64,000 nucleotides of DNA from a virus (Duplodnaviria > Caudoviricetes), in the IMG/VR virus record IMGVR_UViG_3300031857_000007; one strand, 5' to 3'. The position numbers were made by a program, and so were the translations under genes. Positions 44,969 through 54,368 of the stretch are shown here, piece by piece (the stretch's first letter is position 1; each line of letters starts with the position of its first letter). The notes below the pieces were generated by a model. It was not told the DNA's origin and did not search any database. It was given only the letters and a program-made list of their open reading frames with translations.

Positions 44969-45180
44969 TAGTCGTAAACTCTACATTCTGATGCGTCAGG
45001 ATGGGTATCGCAATATAATTCAAGTGGAGTTGGATCATGATCCTCTCCTGGGTGATTTTCTCTATATTTTTCTAAAGACTCAACTTCATCTTCTAAATGT
45101 CTTTTTCTTTGAGCACTAACTGTAGTGCTATCAATTTCTTTTCTATTATTGTCAATGTGTTGGTTGATAGTTCTTTCCAT
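44968..45180 (-). CDS. cp12: CP12 Calvin-cycle regulator
   Basis: HLEDEVESL..Y..NHP...ELYCDTHPDASECRVYD (C-x8-C). Confidence 0.9.
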   Translation of the reverse strand: MERTINQHIDNNRKEIDSTTVSAQRKRHLEDEVESLEKYRENHPGEDHDPTPLELYCDTHPDASECRVYD

Positions 45181-45186
45181 GGTTTT

Positions 45187-46524
45187 CTATGCTATTTTCC
45201 TATTTGGATTAGGCTTTCTGCCATAAGAATCCCTTACTAGATTTAATTTAGTATAGGACTTTTGAGGTTCGATTAAAGTTATAACATCTGATATCATATA
45301 TATACCACTATCTTTAGTACTTACTTTCTGATTTTTTTCAGAAGACATTTCAATAAAATCACAAAAAATTAAATCGCCTGCCCTAAGACTCATATCTGTT
45401 GCTATAGTTATGGACATTTTAATTGTGAACAATTGATTATATCTACTTGCGGATTGTGCAACAATAGATTTTACGTCATAGTCAAATTCTTTTGATTTCT
45501 TAATTGGTTTTAATATACCAACAGGTTGTATTTTACTTATTATTCTTGTTGGTTTATCTGATATTTCTTTTGGAAAACATGGCAATTTATACCCCGCATA
45601 ATTCAATCCGTCAGATTCTGATTCTGATGGGATTACTTCATTTTCGTCGTAATTATTTCTATAAAGATCATATGTTCTAACTTGAGTTCCATATGCACCA
45701 ATCATTAATTTTTCTTGAACGTCAATATTGATATGAAATGATTTACTTACAATTTTTCCATCATACGTCGGCGGTGGCAATCCTTCAACAACTCCGTCAT
45801 GAATATAAGATTTATAAGATCTTTTTTCATGATCCAAAAGAGTGTCAATAGATTTAAACTGAAATCCATTATAATTTTCAAAAAAGAAATATCCAGCAGT
45901 TTTTCCAGAAGCTCCTTTAATATCTGGAACAGATCTTTTTGCTAACCAAGTACATTTATATAAAGGTTTTTCCGTGTGACCATTAAAACTATATGAGTTA
46001 ATCGTCGGATCTACATGTATATTTTTTTCAGTCTTTAAAGTCTTCTTCAAAATAGAAGTAACAGAATCTGATATTTTTCCATCATATCGTTGCACAACTC
46101 TTGTTTCTTGTAATTCATTTATTAAAAATTCTCTTGTTACCAAGTCTATAACAAAAACCATATTCTGGTTGCTTTCTATTCTATTTCTTATTTTTCCAAT
46201 ATAAAGAGACTTTTCATTGGAAAATGAAATTTTATTTCCATATCCATCCACAAACTCTAATTCAACTTTTTCTCCACCACAAAGATCTAAACCTTCAATT
46301 AAACCAACTCGGTCTTTTGTATTTCCCTTAGATAATGCATATCCAGTATCTGCAATTGTTGCAGTTGCCTTTATACAGTTTTCAAGAACACTTTCGTGGT
46401 AAATTAAACTTACGAATCCATTACCACCAATAACATTGACAACATTATTATTGCAATTAGATGTTATCTCAAATCTAGTTACATTTACTAAAAGTGATGC
46501 TTTATTTCCTAAAATTACTGACAT
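45187..46524 (-). CDS. baseplate hub/tail protein (gp27-like)
   Basis: GYFFFENYNGFQFKSIDTL, SGIYMISDV; position upstream of gp5. Confidence 0.6.
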   Translation of the reverse strand: MSVILGNKASLLVNVTRFEITSNCNNNVVNVIGGNGFVSLIYHESVLENCIKATATIADTGYALSKGNTKDRVGLIEGLDLCGGEKVELEFVDGYGNKISFSNEKSLYIGKIRNRIESNQNMVFVIDLVTREFLINELQETRVVQRYDGKISDSVTSILKKTLKTEKNIHVDPTINSYSFNGHTEKPLYKCTWLAKRSVPDIKGASGKTAGYFFFENYNGFQFKSIDTLLDHEKRSYKSYIHDGVVEGLPPPTYDGKIVSKSFHINIDVQEKLMIGAYGTQVRTYDLYRNNYDENEVIPSESESDGLNYAGYKLPCFPKEISDKPTRIISKIQPVGILKPIKKSKEFDYDVKSIVAQSASRYNQLFTIKMSITIATDMSLRAGDLIFCDFIEMSSEKNQKVSTKDSGIYMISDVITLIEPQKSYTKLNLVRDSYGRKPNPNRKIA

Positions 46525-46525
46525 C

Positions 46526-49500
46526 TTATACTAAGGATTCTGCAATATTATTACTATCTATAGAAGAACTAGAAAATCCGCCCAAATACCCACCACCAGA
46601 AGTAGATTCTCTAATAACTTCTTTTTGTTTTATAATAATATAATTACTTGCGATTTCATAATCAGTTTGAGACTTTAATGGTCCCACTGATCTTAGATTC
46701 TGCTGTGGCATTAATGCAGATACATCATAATCACTTTTTGGTCTATATCCACCACCAGGAAGTTTCATCTTGTTTGGATCAACAGTAGAAGCAATTCCAA
46801 AGGCTTGTTTATGATTTGATCTAATTGCAGCATATGTGCGTGAAGTTATTTCTTCAGTTTTTCCACCTTTTCTTTGCCAGTATTTTCCATTCGCATAAAA
46901 ATATTCAGTATCACCAACCCTACCAAACCCAGAAACTCTTCCTGTTGGTTGTTCTGCAAGATTTGGATTTTGTCTTGGTGGCGGATCTATTTTTGTTGGT
47001 GCAGATCCCAACTTTTCAACTCTAACATCAATAATACCACTTCCACCCAATCGGTCCATGGCAGCTTTACTTAAATCAATAATCCTTCTTGGATGAGGTC
47101 TTAATGGATAAATCGGTTCTCCATTAGAATGCATTGCAAAAGGTCCAGTATCATTTACTCTTACTCTTACTCTTTTTCCGTTTAAAAGATTTGTAACTTC
47201 AACGTAAAATGGTTTAGTTCCAACCCCCCATCCAGGTTGATACATAGCAGCTGTCAATCTATTTGTATCGAACCTTTCACCAGAAGCAGTTCTTCTGCCT
47301 TGAAATCCAGGACCATACCAACTTGCTTGCCCTGTTATAGAATTTCCAGATCTTCTCATTGAAGAAACTTTTGCTAAAGATTCCCCCAAATTTTGTCTCT
47401 GCAGTCTTGCCATTTCTTCTGGATTGGCGGGACCTTTTTTCAAGTGACCTAATAGATAAGTTTTTCCTGCAGAATCTTGGATTAGAAGAACATTTCCATA
47501 TCCTGCATTATATCCAGGCACATATTTTACAAATTTTAAACCTCCTGTGAGTTGAATTGGTGTTCCCTCGGGTATTCCATAATCAAGTCCTTTATGCTCT
47601 TTACCCCATCTCCATCCCATTCCAGATGTAAATGACCAAGAATCTAAAGGTTTTCCTCCAACCATAACATTTTTTAAAACATTTGCAGGTATACTTCCAC
47701 CTGCACCACTATAACCATCACCAGTCTCAATGTGAATGTGAGGTCCAGTCGAACTTCCAGTAGATCCAACAAATCCAATGACTTGAGTTCCTGGCAAAAA
47801 TCCTTGATAATCACCGTCTCCAGGGATTGGACCTCTTAAACTATCCGTTGCAGGATCCCTTAAAGAAAGTTCTTTTGTAATGTTTATAAAAATTTCATTT
47901 AATCTAGTTTGTATTAGATTTGAAAAAGACTTGTTTAAAATATCAGTAAGTTGATTACCAACATCTTGTCCAGCTTGAGGAATGACTCCACCATTTGCCA
48001 TTCCATATATTTGTCTTTGTAACTCGGAAATAGATAATTGAACTTTATTGTCTATGATACTCTGTATGGTTGCTCCGAAAAAGTTGCTGATAGATCCATA
48101 AACAGATCTGCTTGGTTTTTGTCCCATAGCAATATCAACAGAGGCTCCCATAACAGGACCAAATAAAGGAATTCTCTTCAATATTTCAGAAGTTTTCTTC
48201 AGAGACCTTAGAGCACTTTTTTGTCCCGGTACTTCTTTTGAGAATAGTTTTTCAATTTTTCCCTTACCACCAACGTCCTTACCTGGAAGTGTCTTTTGTG
48301 GCGGAACTTTAGTGACCTTTGCTTTTCTAGTTCGTTTTATAGTTCTGCCAACAGAACCACCAACTACTTTTCCAGATCTAGTAACTGGTCCACCCTTAGC
48401 ATATTTTGTTGGTTTTTGTCTTTGGGATATTGTGTCATATAGTGCTCCACCAACGATATCTCCCAAAATACCACCAAGAATAGTTCCGGCAAAAGGAATA
48501 GGAATAAAAGTTCCTAATGCGGATCCAATTGTAGCACCAACTGCTTTTGCTGCTGCTCTTCCTGGTTTTTCTCCAGACCATAAAGCAAATAGAAAATCGA
48601 CTAGTCCACCAATAATTGGAATTCTACCAAAAACTTTTCCTGCTAATTTACCAGCAAACTTTTTAGATCCAGACTTTGCAATTTGTCCTGCGGTTTCTCC
48701 AGAAATTCCTCTTCTTAATTGTGCCCCAGCAGCACGTCTAGCAGCCTTGTCTGCTGCCCGTTGAGCTATTTTTTGTTGACTGGTTATTCCTTTTCCTTCT
48801 ATAGTTCCGGGTTTTACACCTTCAGGAAGTGATTGAGGTTTATATCCATATCTTCCTGCAGATTGAGCCCCAGCAACAGTTCCTTGTGGTTTTATTTTTC
48901 TTTCATTGCTCCCTGTTTTTATGCCAGAGGCTGCCATCGCAGCAATTATTGTTGCATTTAATGCTAGATTTAAATTTTTAGAAAATTCATCAAATTTTTT
49001 CCCAGCGTCCTTTCCACCAATATTTTCGACAATAGATTCAAATTTTTTCTTGGTATCATACCCAAAATCAATAAAATTGACAATACCATTAAGTATATTA
49101 CCAGAAAAGTCTTCTACAAAATTAAATATTGGAGATAGATTTCTAGCAATATTAAGCAACTGTGGTATTTTTCCACTTAATTTATCAAAAATAAATCCAA
49201 AAAAAGTATATAAGAAAAATCTCTTAATGGCACCAAAAATATCAAACCCTACTTTTGGTATAACATTCTTTGAAGATAATCCTTTAGGTGAAGAAGATTC
49301 TAATTTTTTTTCTCTAGATACAAATCTTTTTTTCTCAGTTGCTCTTCTTTTTCTTTCTACTTCTTTTTTATTGTAAACTGTTGTATTTTCTAAAATTTTA
49401 GAAATAATTTGAAGCTTTTTCTTTATATCTAAAAATTGATCAGAAACAGAAACATTATCTTTTTCAGTCTTTAAATCTTCCGGATTGATTTTGGCATTAT

Positions 49501-49609
49501 CCCTTTTCTTGACATTTGATATTGGTACCAATATTTTTTTGGCAGCAATACTTAAATTATTTGTTCTTTTTGAGGGTGGTAATAATTTTTTTGAATCTAT
49601 TACTGCCAT
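46526..49609 (-). CDS. tail-associated peptidoglycan hydrolase with M23 and RlpA-like domains
   Basis: GSTGSSTGPHIH, HKGLD, GYGN...GHL; ASWYGPGF...TASGERF...VNDTGPF...IIDLS. Confidence 0.75.
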   Translation of the reverse strand: MAVIDSKKLLPPSKRTNNLSIAAKKILVPISNVKKRDNAKINPEDLKTEKDNVSVSDQFLDIKKKLQIISKILENTTVYNKKEVERKRRATEKKRFVSREKKLESSSPKGLSSKNVIPKVGFDIFGAIKRFFLYTFFGFIFDKLSGKIPQLLNIARNLSPIFNFVEDFSGNILNGIVNFIDFGYDTKKKFESIVENIGGKDAGKKFDEFSKNLNLALNATIIAAMAASGIKTGSNERKIKPQGTVAGAQSAGRYGYKPQSLPEGVKPGTIEGKGITSQQKIAQRAADKAARRAAGAQLRRGISGETAGQIAKSGSKKFAGKLAGKVFGRIPIIGGLVDFLFALWSGEKPGRAAAKAVGATIGSALGTFIPIPFAGTILGGILGDIVGGALYDTISQRQKPTKYAKGGPVTRSGKVVGGSVGRTIKRTRKAKVTKVPPQKTLPGKDVGGKGKIEKLFSKEVPGQKSALRSLKKTSEILKRIPLFGPVMGASVDIAMGQKPSRSVYGSISNFFGATIQSIIDNKVQLSISELQRQIYGMANGGVIPQAGQDVGNQLTDILNKSFSNLIQTRLNEIFINITKELSLRDPATDSLRGPIPGDGDYQGFLPGTQVIGFVGSTGSSTGPHIHIETGDGYSGAGGSIPANVLKNVMVGGKPLDSWSFTSGMGWRWGKEHKGLDYGIPEGTPIQLTGGLKFVKYVPGYNAGYGNVLLIQDSAGKTYLLGHLKKGPANPEEMARLQRQNLGESLAKVSSMRRSGNSITGQASWYGPGFQGRRTASGERFDTNRLTAAMYQPGWGVGTKPFYVEVTNLLNGKRVRVRVNDTGPFAMHSNGEPIYPLRPHPRRIIDLSKAAMDRLGGSGIIDVRVEKLGSAPTKIDPPPRQNPNLAEQPTGRVSGFGRVGDTEYFYANGKYWQRKGGKTEEITSRTYAAIRSNHKQAFGIASTVDPNKMKLPGGGYRPKSDYDVSALMPQQNLRSVGPLKSQTDYEIASNYIIIKQKEVIRESTSGGGYLGGFSSSSIDSNNIAESLV

Positions 49610-49610
49610 T

Positions 49611-51668
49611 TTATGCTATTCCATAAATTGACTTGTTAATCTTTTGATTAATGCTGTATTGATCAGGAATGTTGGGAACATTTGTAGAACCTCTTGTCTG
49701 AGCAATTGGACCAATGTTCCTAACAATATCTGGCAACTGAATAACACTAACATTTGCTCCACCTCTAACTGGAGGTCCAGGAAGAGTAAGTTTTGATTGT
49801 GGTCCAATATTAATTGGTTGTCCGCGAAGATTTGCATATCCATCGGGTTCATAACCCATTTGTCTCATTACTTCTTCTTGACGTTTTGCTGCACCTCTTA
49901 TTGTTTGTACATTAGAACCAAAATTCCTAAAAGCATCTCTAATTATAGTTGACGAAGATGATGCTCTTTGTTTGGGAAAACTAACTTGTGTAGAATCATA
50001 TGGACTCCATTCACGTATTACGCTAGGAGCATTTGGATTTTGATTATATCTCTGAACAGATTTTGGAGAAAATCTATGTCCCTCTTTCTGATTAACGACA
50101 CTTCTGTTCAGCGGTATTCCAAGAAACTTATTCTGTATGCCCATTTCAGAATACCTTGGAGATATAACGCTTCCAGTTCCAGGAAGAAATCGCCCAAGTT
50201 GATTTAGTATACCAGACCCCAATGGTTGTTGACTTCTATTATTTCTACTAAGTCCCTGTATTGATGCAAGAGTTTGATTTACCGACCCCATACCTATTCT
50301 AGGAGTTACTGAAGATCCAATAACTCCTCCATTTTTATGAGTTTCTATTCCAGATCCAAGAAACGTTGGTTTATTTGCATTTGGTCCACCAAAAATTCTA
50401 TTCCAAGATAATAGACGATCTCTACCGATTGCGTTAACAGCATCGGTATTCATTACAACTTCACCTTTCTTTAGAATACCTGTGCCCCCTCCTTCTATTG
50501 GAAGTGCTTGAGTATCTTGCCCAGCACCAGAAACTTTAGTGCCAGTTTGATCAGTTACCAATCCACTAAAACCAGATACTGTGCCGCCACTAGAATACAT
50601 TGCGCCAGGAACTGGTGCGACAATTGCTTGATTGGATTGTCCCAATTTTAATTCTTGACCAGCAAAAAAGTTGCCAAATTTTTTGTACCAAGGTAAGTTT
50701 GGATTTTTTTCTTCGATTTGGATATTTTTTCTTTGTTCTTCTAGAAAAGGTTTTATTCTTTCTCTTTCTTTAGATCTTGCAATTGTTCCCGCAACAGAAG
50801 TGGTTACAACTAAACTTGTTAAAGGATTTGCTTTTATTAGAGATAATATCTTTGGAGTGAATTTAGCAAGAGTCGCTATTGTAGATCTAACAAACTTTCC
50901 AAATGGAGTTGCAAATAATACAAACGCTGCTAATATACTGGGCCACCAATCTTTCAAAAATTGTTTTAATGTTGCTATTTTTTTCTTATTTTTTGGATCT
51001 GCAAACCATTTTGTGAGTTTTACAAATGCTCTACCCAATAATGTAAAAAATATAAATTTAAAAATACTATCTAAAATGTTTTGGACCGGTGCTAGCATTT
51101 TAGTTGCTAGAGAAACCATTTTCTGTATTGGTTTTTCTAGTTCACTTTCTCTATTTCTTCTACTAGTATTTTCTTCTTTCTTTCTTTCACTTTCTGCACT
51201 AGTTTTGGCATATTGATTTTGTACCAATAATCTATGCAATATATTATCTAAAGTAGAAGCAATACCTTCCAAAGATTTTTTAACACCTTTACCCAAAGAA
51301 GGTTCTTTAACTTCAGGAATTACTGCTTTTCCTGCAAGAAAAAATTTCTCTTTAGATACCCTAATTGGTCCAGTTACACCTATATTTTCTGCCGTTATCT
51401 TCTTTTTTTTAATTTTAAATTTGCCAATTTTATTTTTTACTCTTTTAAATTCATCCTGAAGGAGCATAGCTCTATCAGTAGATTTTTCTTGTCCTTTATT
51501 TACTTTCTGTAGTTCTGTAAAAAGAATCTGCTTATATTCGCCATAAGTAAAATCGTAAAGTTCTTCTATCCCAAGTATCTCAAGAATCCTTTCGTCAATG
51601 TCCTCAGTGACAAAATCAGATTCTCTCGTTCCCTCGTACAGTGCAAGTTTTCCTGCTTCAACTGCCAT
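49611..51668 (-). CDS. tape-measure-like/baseplate-associated protein
   Basis: Helical N-half; position after gp26 and gp51. Confidence 0.5.
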   Translation of the reverse strand: MAVEAGKLALYEGTRESDFVTEDIDERILEILGIEELYDFTYGEYKQILFTELQKVNKGQEKSTDRAMLLQDEFKRVKNKIGKFKIKKKKITAENIGVTGPIRVSKEKFFLAGKAVIPEVKEPSLGKGVKKSLEGIASTLDNILHRLLVQNQYAKTSAESERKKEENTSRRNRESELEKPIQKMVSLATKMLAPVQNILDSIFKFIFFTLLGRAFVKLTKWFADPKNKKKIATLKQFLKDWWPSILAAFVLFATPFGKFVRSTIATLAKFTPKILSLIKANPLTSLVVTTSVAGTIARSKERERIKPFLEEQRKNIQIEEKNPNLPWYKKFGNFFAGQELKLGQSNQAIVAPVPGAMYSSGGTVSGFSGLVTDQTGTKVSGAGQDTQALPIEGGGTGILKKGEVVMNTDAVNAIGRDRLLSWNRIFGGPNANKPTFLGSGIETHKNGGVIGSSVTPRIGMGSVNQTLASIQGLSRNNRSQQPLGSGILNQLGRFLPGTGSVISPRYSEMGIQNKFLGIPLNRSVVNQKEGHRFSPKSVQRYNQNPNAPSVIREWSPYDSTQVSFPKQRASSSSTIIRDAFRNFGSNVQTIRGAAKRQEEVMRQMGYEPDGYANLRGQPINIGPQSKLTLPGPPVRGGANVSVIQLPDIVRNIGPIAQTRGSTNVPNIPDQYSINQKINKSIYGIA

Positions 51669-51834
51669 TTTGTTGTTGCTTGAGTTTTTCTTCTTCTAAA
51701 TGATTTTTCAATAATGCAACGTAAACATCCCTTTCCCAAGGAATCATATTTTCAATCTCAGTTAATGAGTATTTATGATACTGCATTAAGGCAAAATTTA
51801 ATTGAAAATAATTTTCAAGGTCCATATGGACCAT
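51658..51834 (-). CDS. gp51: baseplate hub assembly protein gp51-like
   Basis: Manually read ...NFALMQYHKYSLTEIENMIPWERDVYV.LL. Confidence 0.8.
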   Translation of the reverse strand: MVHMDLENYFQLNFALMQYHKYSLTEIENMIPWERDVYVALLKNHLEEEKLKQQQNGS

Positions 51835-51836
51835 TC

Positions 51837-52556
51837 CTATGCGAAAAAACTTGATAATCCCTCAAGAACTACCGTACTTTCAACTTCAGTATTTGGATTT
51901 GTAACCTTAATTTCATGAGATAACTTTGGCATACTTTCAAAAAACTTTTCAATCTGCTTAAATTGAGAAGAATTCATCTGATCTAGAAACTCAACAAGTT
52001 CTTTTTTGGTTACATCAGAAGAACTCCACACTTCCTCTTCTGTGTAGATTTTATCAATACAGGAAGAAACCAAGTCAAAAGATTGATCCATATTATTGTC
52101 ACCCGAAAAATCAAAGTTACTCTTGATAAATTGATCTAGTGATGGATATTTCATTTCCATAATGATATTTTCATCAACTTGAATTTTTGGATTGTGTTCT
52201 TCACTTCTCTGAACTTTAATATCGTCAATATTAATCTTTACCGGAACAGTTGTTTCGCCGTCGTCAGGACATATAATATTAACCTCTATTTCTTCTCCTA
52301 CAGATTTTCCTCTAATATTCAAAAACAAATATTCTATATCAAATGTGGGCAAAAATTCAACTTTGATATTCTTTGTTTGAATGCAATTTTTAATTACAGT
52401 TTTAATTGCTGTAGTGATTTGTTTTGTATCCTCACTTTCCAGGGCAATTACAAGAAGTTTTTCTTCTCTTACCAGAAATGGTCGGTAATTAATTTTTTGT
52501 CCAGTAGAAGGCAATTCCAACTCATATGTTGGTGTAGAAATTTTTGGTAAAGGCAT
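51837..52556 (-). CDS. gp26: baseplate hub subunit gp26
   Basis: MPLPKISTPTYELELPSTG...RPFLVREEK.L...FDIEYLFLNIRGKSVGE. Confidence 0.9.
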   Translation of the reverse strand: MPLPKISTPTYELELPSTGQKINYRPFLVREEKLLVIALESEDTKQITTAIKTVIKNCIQTKNIKVEFLPTFDIEYLFLNIRGKSVGEEIEVNIICPDDGETTVPVKINIDDIKVQRSEEHNPKIQVDENIIMEMKYPSLDQFIKSNFDFSGDNNMDQSFDLVSSCIDKIYTEEEVWSSSDVTKKELVEFLDQMNSSQFKQIEKFFESMPKLSHEIKVTNPNTEVESTVVLEGLSSFFA

Positions 52557-52582
52557 AATGTCTTATAAAGATTCAGTTGAAT

Positions 52583-52589
52583 TATTTAT
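52583..52589 (-). promoter_or_regulatory. T4-like late promoter ATAAATA
   Basis: Upstream of gp26. Confidence 0.6.
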
Positions 52590-52593
52590 TGCT

Positions 52594-53418
52594 TCAAGAT
52601 AAACCTTGATTTAAATCAGTTTGTCCTGGAGTGAGGGGACTCGTAAAACTTGCTCCGCTTGATCTCAATAGTTTATCAATATTAATTTCTGAAGGTTGTG
52701 TTTGAGTTTCCTCAGTTCCTGGAGTAGATGGTTCCGAAGATGATGTTGTTAACACATAATCTTGCTTATTCACAACGTATCTTAAGTAAGTAAAAGATAC
52801 TGTGCATTTTAAAAGATTTGATCCATCATAAGAAACCGGCATTGAGTTAATTGATATTGGATAAGCTTTTATAAATCTATATGTTAAACATTTGCCAGAC
52901 ATATCTCTTTCAAATTTGTTAATATACAAACTAGAGGCTCTATATCCACTTCCAGGACCTCCACTTTTTAGTTTGGTATGAGGTTCTCCTGTACCATCTG
53001 GATACCTTACTCTATAGTAATATTGAGATTCTGGCAACTTTCCAGAAAATTCTTCTCCTGCAATATAAGATATCCAACCCTCAAAAAATGAAATTATATT
53101 GTAATCATGGTCAACGTAAAAAGTAAAATCAGCTCTGTCATCATATATTCTTCTATATGCATGTCTTTCTGTTACTCCACTGAAATCATTATTAATTTCA
53201 TGAGTTGCTAAGCTGCTACCTGGAAGAGATGCTTCAGAGCAAGAAAGTGAAATAAAACTAGAATCATACTCATATCTCCCAGATTTTTTTAACCAATTAG
53301 TTACATCATTTGGAGGATTGAACCAACACTCATAGTGAGATGTTAATGCTGGTCTAAGCAAGGTGGATTTTATTGAACTTATTCCCTTGATACTAGGGAA
53401 TGGGGATCCGAATGCCAT
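52594..53418 (-). CDS. tail tube protein (gp19/gp54-like)
   Basis: CSEASLPG...FTFYVD...FFEGW...AYPISI.S...CTVSF.Y. Confidence 0.75.
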   Translation of the reverse strand: MAFGSPFPSIKGISSIKSTLLRPALTSHYECWFNPPNDVTNWLKKSGRYEYDSSFISLSCSEASLPGSSLATHEINNDFSGVTERHAYRRIYDDRADFTFYVDHDYNIISFFEGWISYIAGEEFSGKLPESQYYYRVRYPDGTGEPHTKLKSGGPGSGYRASSLYINKFERDMSGKCLTYRFIKAYPISINSMPVSYDGSNLLKCTVSFTYLRYVVNKQDYVLTTSSSEPSTPGTEETQTQPSEINIDKLLRSSGASFTSPLTPGQTDLNQGLS

Positions 53419-53419
53419 C

Positions 53420-53427
53420 TATAAATA
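53420..53427 (+). promoter_or_regulatory. T4 late promoter TATAAATA
   Basis: Exact consensus upstream of gp4. Confidence 0.65.
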
Positions 53428-53458
53428 ATTTTACCGTATATATTATGTATCAAAATAA

Positions 53459-53902
53459 ATGGCAGAAAGTATTAAAAGTAGGTATAAACCTTCGCATCCA
53501 CAAAAATATAAAGGTGACCCAAATAATATTATCTGCCGTAGCAGTTGGGAGAGAAAATTTTGTCATTGGTGCGACTTAAACGAAAATATAATCGAATGGG
53601 GAAGTGAAGAATTTTGGATACCTTACATTTCTCCAGTAGACAATCGTGTTCATAGATATTTTCCTGACTTTATAATAAAAGTTAAAGAAAAGACGGGAAA
53701 AACAAAAACTTATATTGTCGAAGTAAAACCAAAAAAACAAACTCTTCCACCAAAGCAAAAAACGCGAGTTACAAAGTCATTCATACATGAATGCAAAACA
53801 TATGCAGTAAATCAAGCTAAGTGGAAAGCCGCAAAAGAGTTTTGTGACGATAGAATGATAGAATTTAAAGTCATCACAGAAGAAGAATTAGGTATCAAGT
53901 AA
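53459..53902 (+). CDS. gp4: head completion nuclease gp4
   Basis: KYKGDP.NI..RSSWE...HRYFPDF...EVKP...VNQAKW.AA. Confidence 0.92.
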   Translation: MAESIKSRYKPSHPQKYKGDPNNIICRSSWERKFCHWCDLNENIIEWGSEEFWIPYISPVDNRVHRYFPDFIIKVKEKTGKTKTYIVEVKPKKQTLPPKQKTRVTKSFIHECKTYAVNQAKWKAAKEFCDDRMIEFKVITEEELGIK

Positions 53903-54288
53903 TGGAAAAAGGATTTGGACAAGAAATAGAAAAAAAATCTAGAAGAATTTCCATACTAAAATCAAACATAGAAAAAAATAATTATAAACAACCTGATGAT
54001 ATTATGCTAGCTATTATGGAAGTTTTTAAAATAGAAAAAGTTGTTCCTCAAGTTGGCAAATATTATACATTCGTATATTCTACAAAAACAAAAAATATTA
54101 GATACGATGAATTTCCACTTGTAGCAGTGACTTCTGTAGAACCTTGGGGATTCGAGGGGATCAATTTTCACTGGGGAGAAATGAGAAGATATACTTGGAA
54201 AGAAGTCAGCGGAAAACTTTTGTACGTAGAAAGAAATGAAATTGATTATTTGAGATCTCTTGGATATGCTAAGTTTAGAGCTAAATAA
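53902..54288 (+). CDS. gp2: DNA end protector gp2-like
   Basis: GKYYTFVY..KT....YDEFPLV...GINFHW. Confidence 0.7.
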   Translation: MEKGFGQEIEKKSRRISILKSNIEKNNYKQPDDIMLAIMEVFKIEKVVPQVGKYYTFVYSTKTKNIRYDEFPLVAVTSVEPWGFEGINFHWGEMRRYTWKEVSGKLLYVERNEIDYLRSLGYAKFRAK

Positions 54289-54291
54289 ATA
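54281..54291 (+). promoter_or_regulatory. T4-like late promoter(s) CTAAATA/ATAAATA
   Basis: Overlapping boxes upstream of gp48. Confidence 0.55.
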
Positions 54292-54368
54292 AAAACTCAC
54301 CTATAAATGTCTCTTACTTTACAAAAAATTGAGATACTGGCTCACCTTGTAAACGGGAGAGATTTCTG

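Noticed and set aside
48312-51216. Plus-strand ORFs of 150-181 aa
   Set aside because: Antisense to long structural genes, with no independent signals
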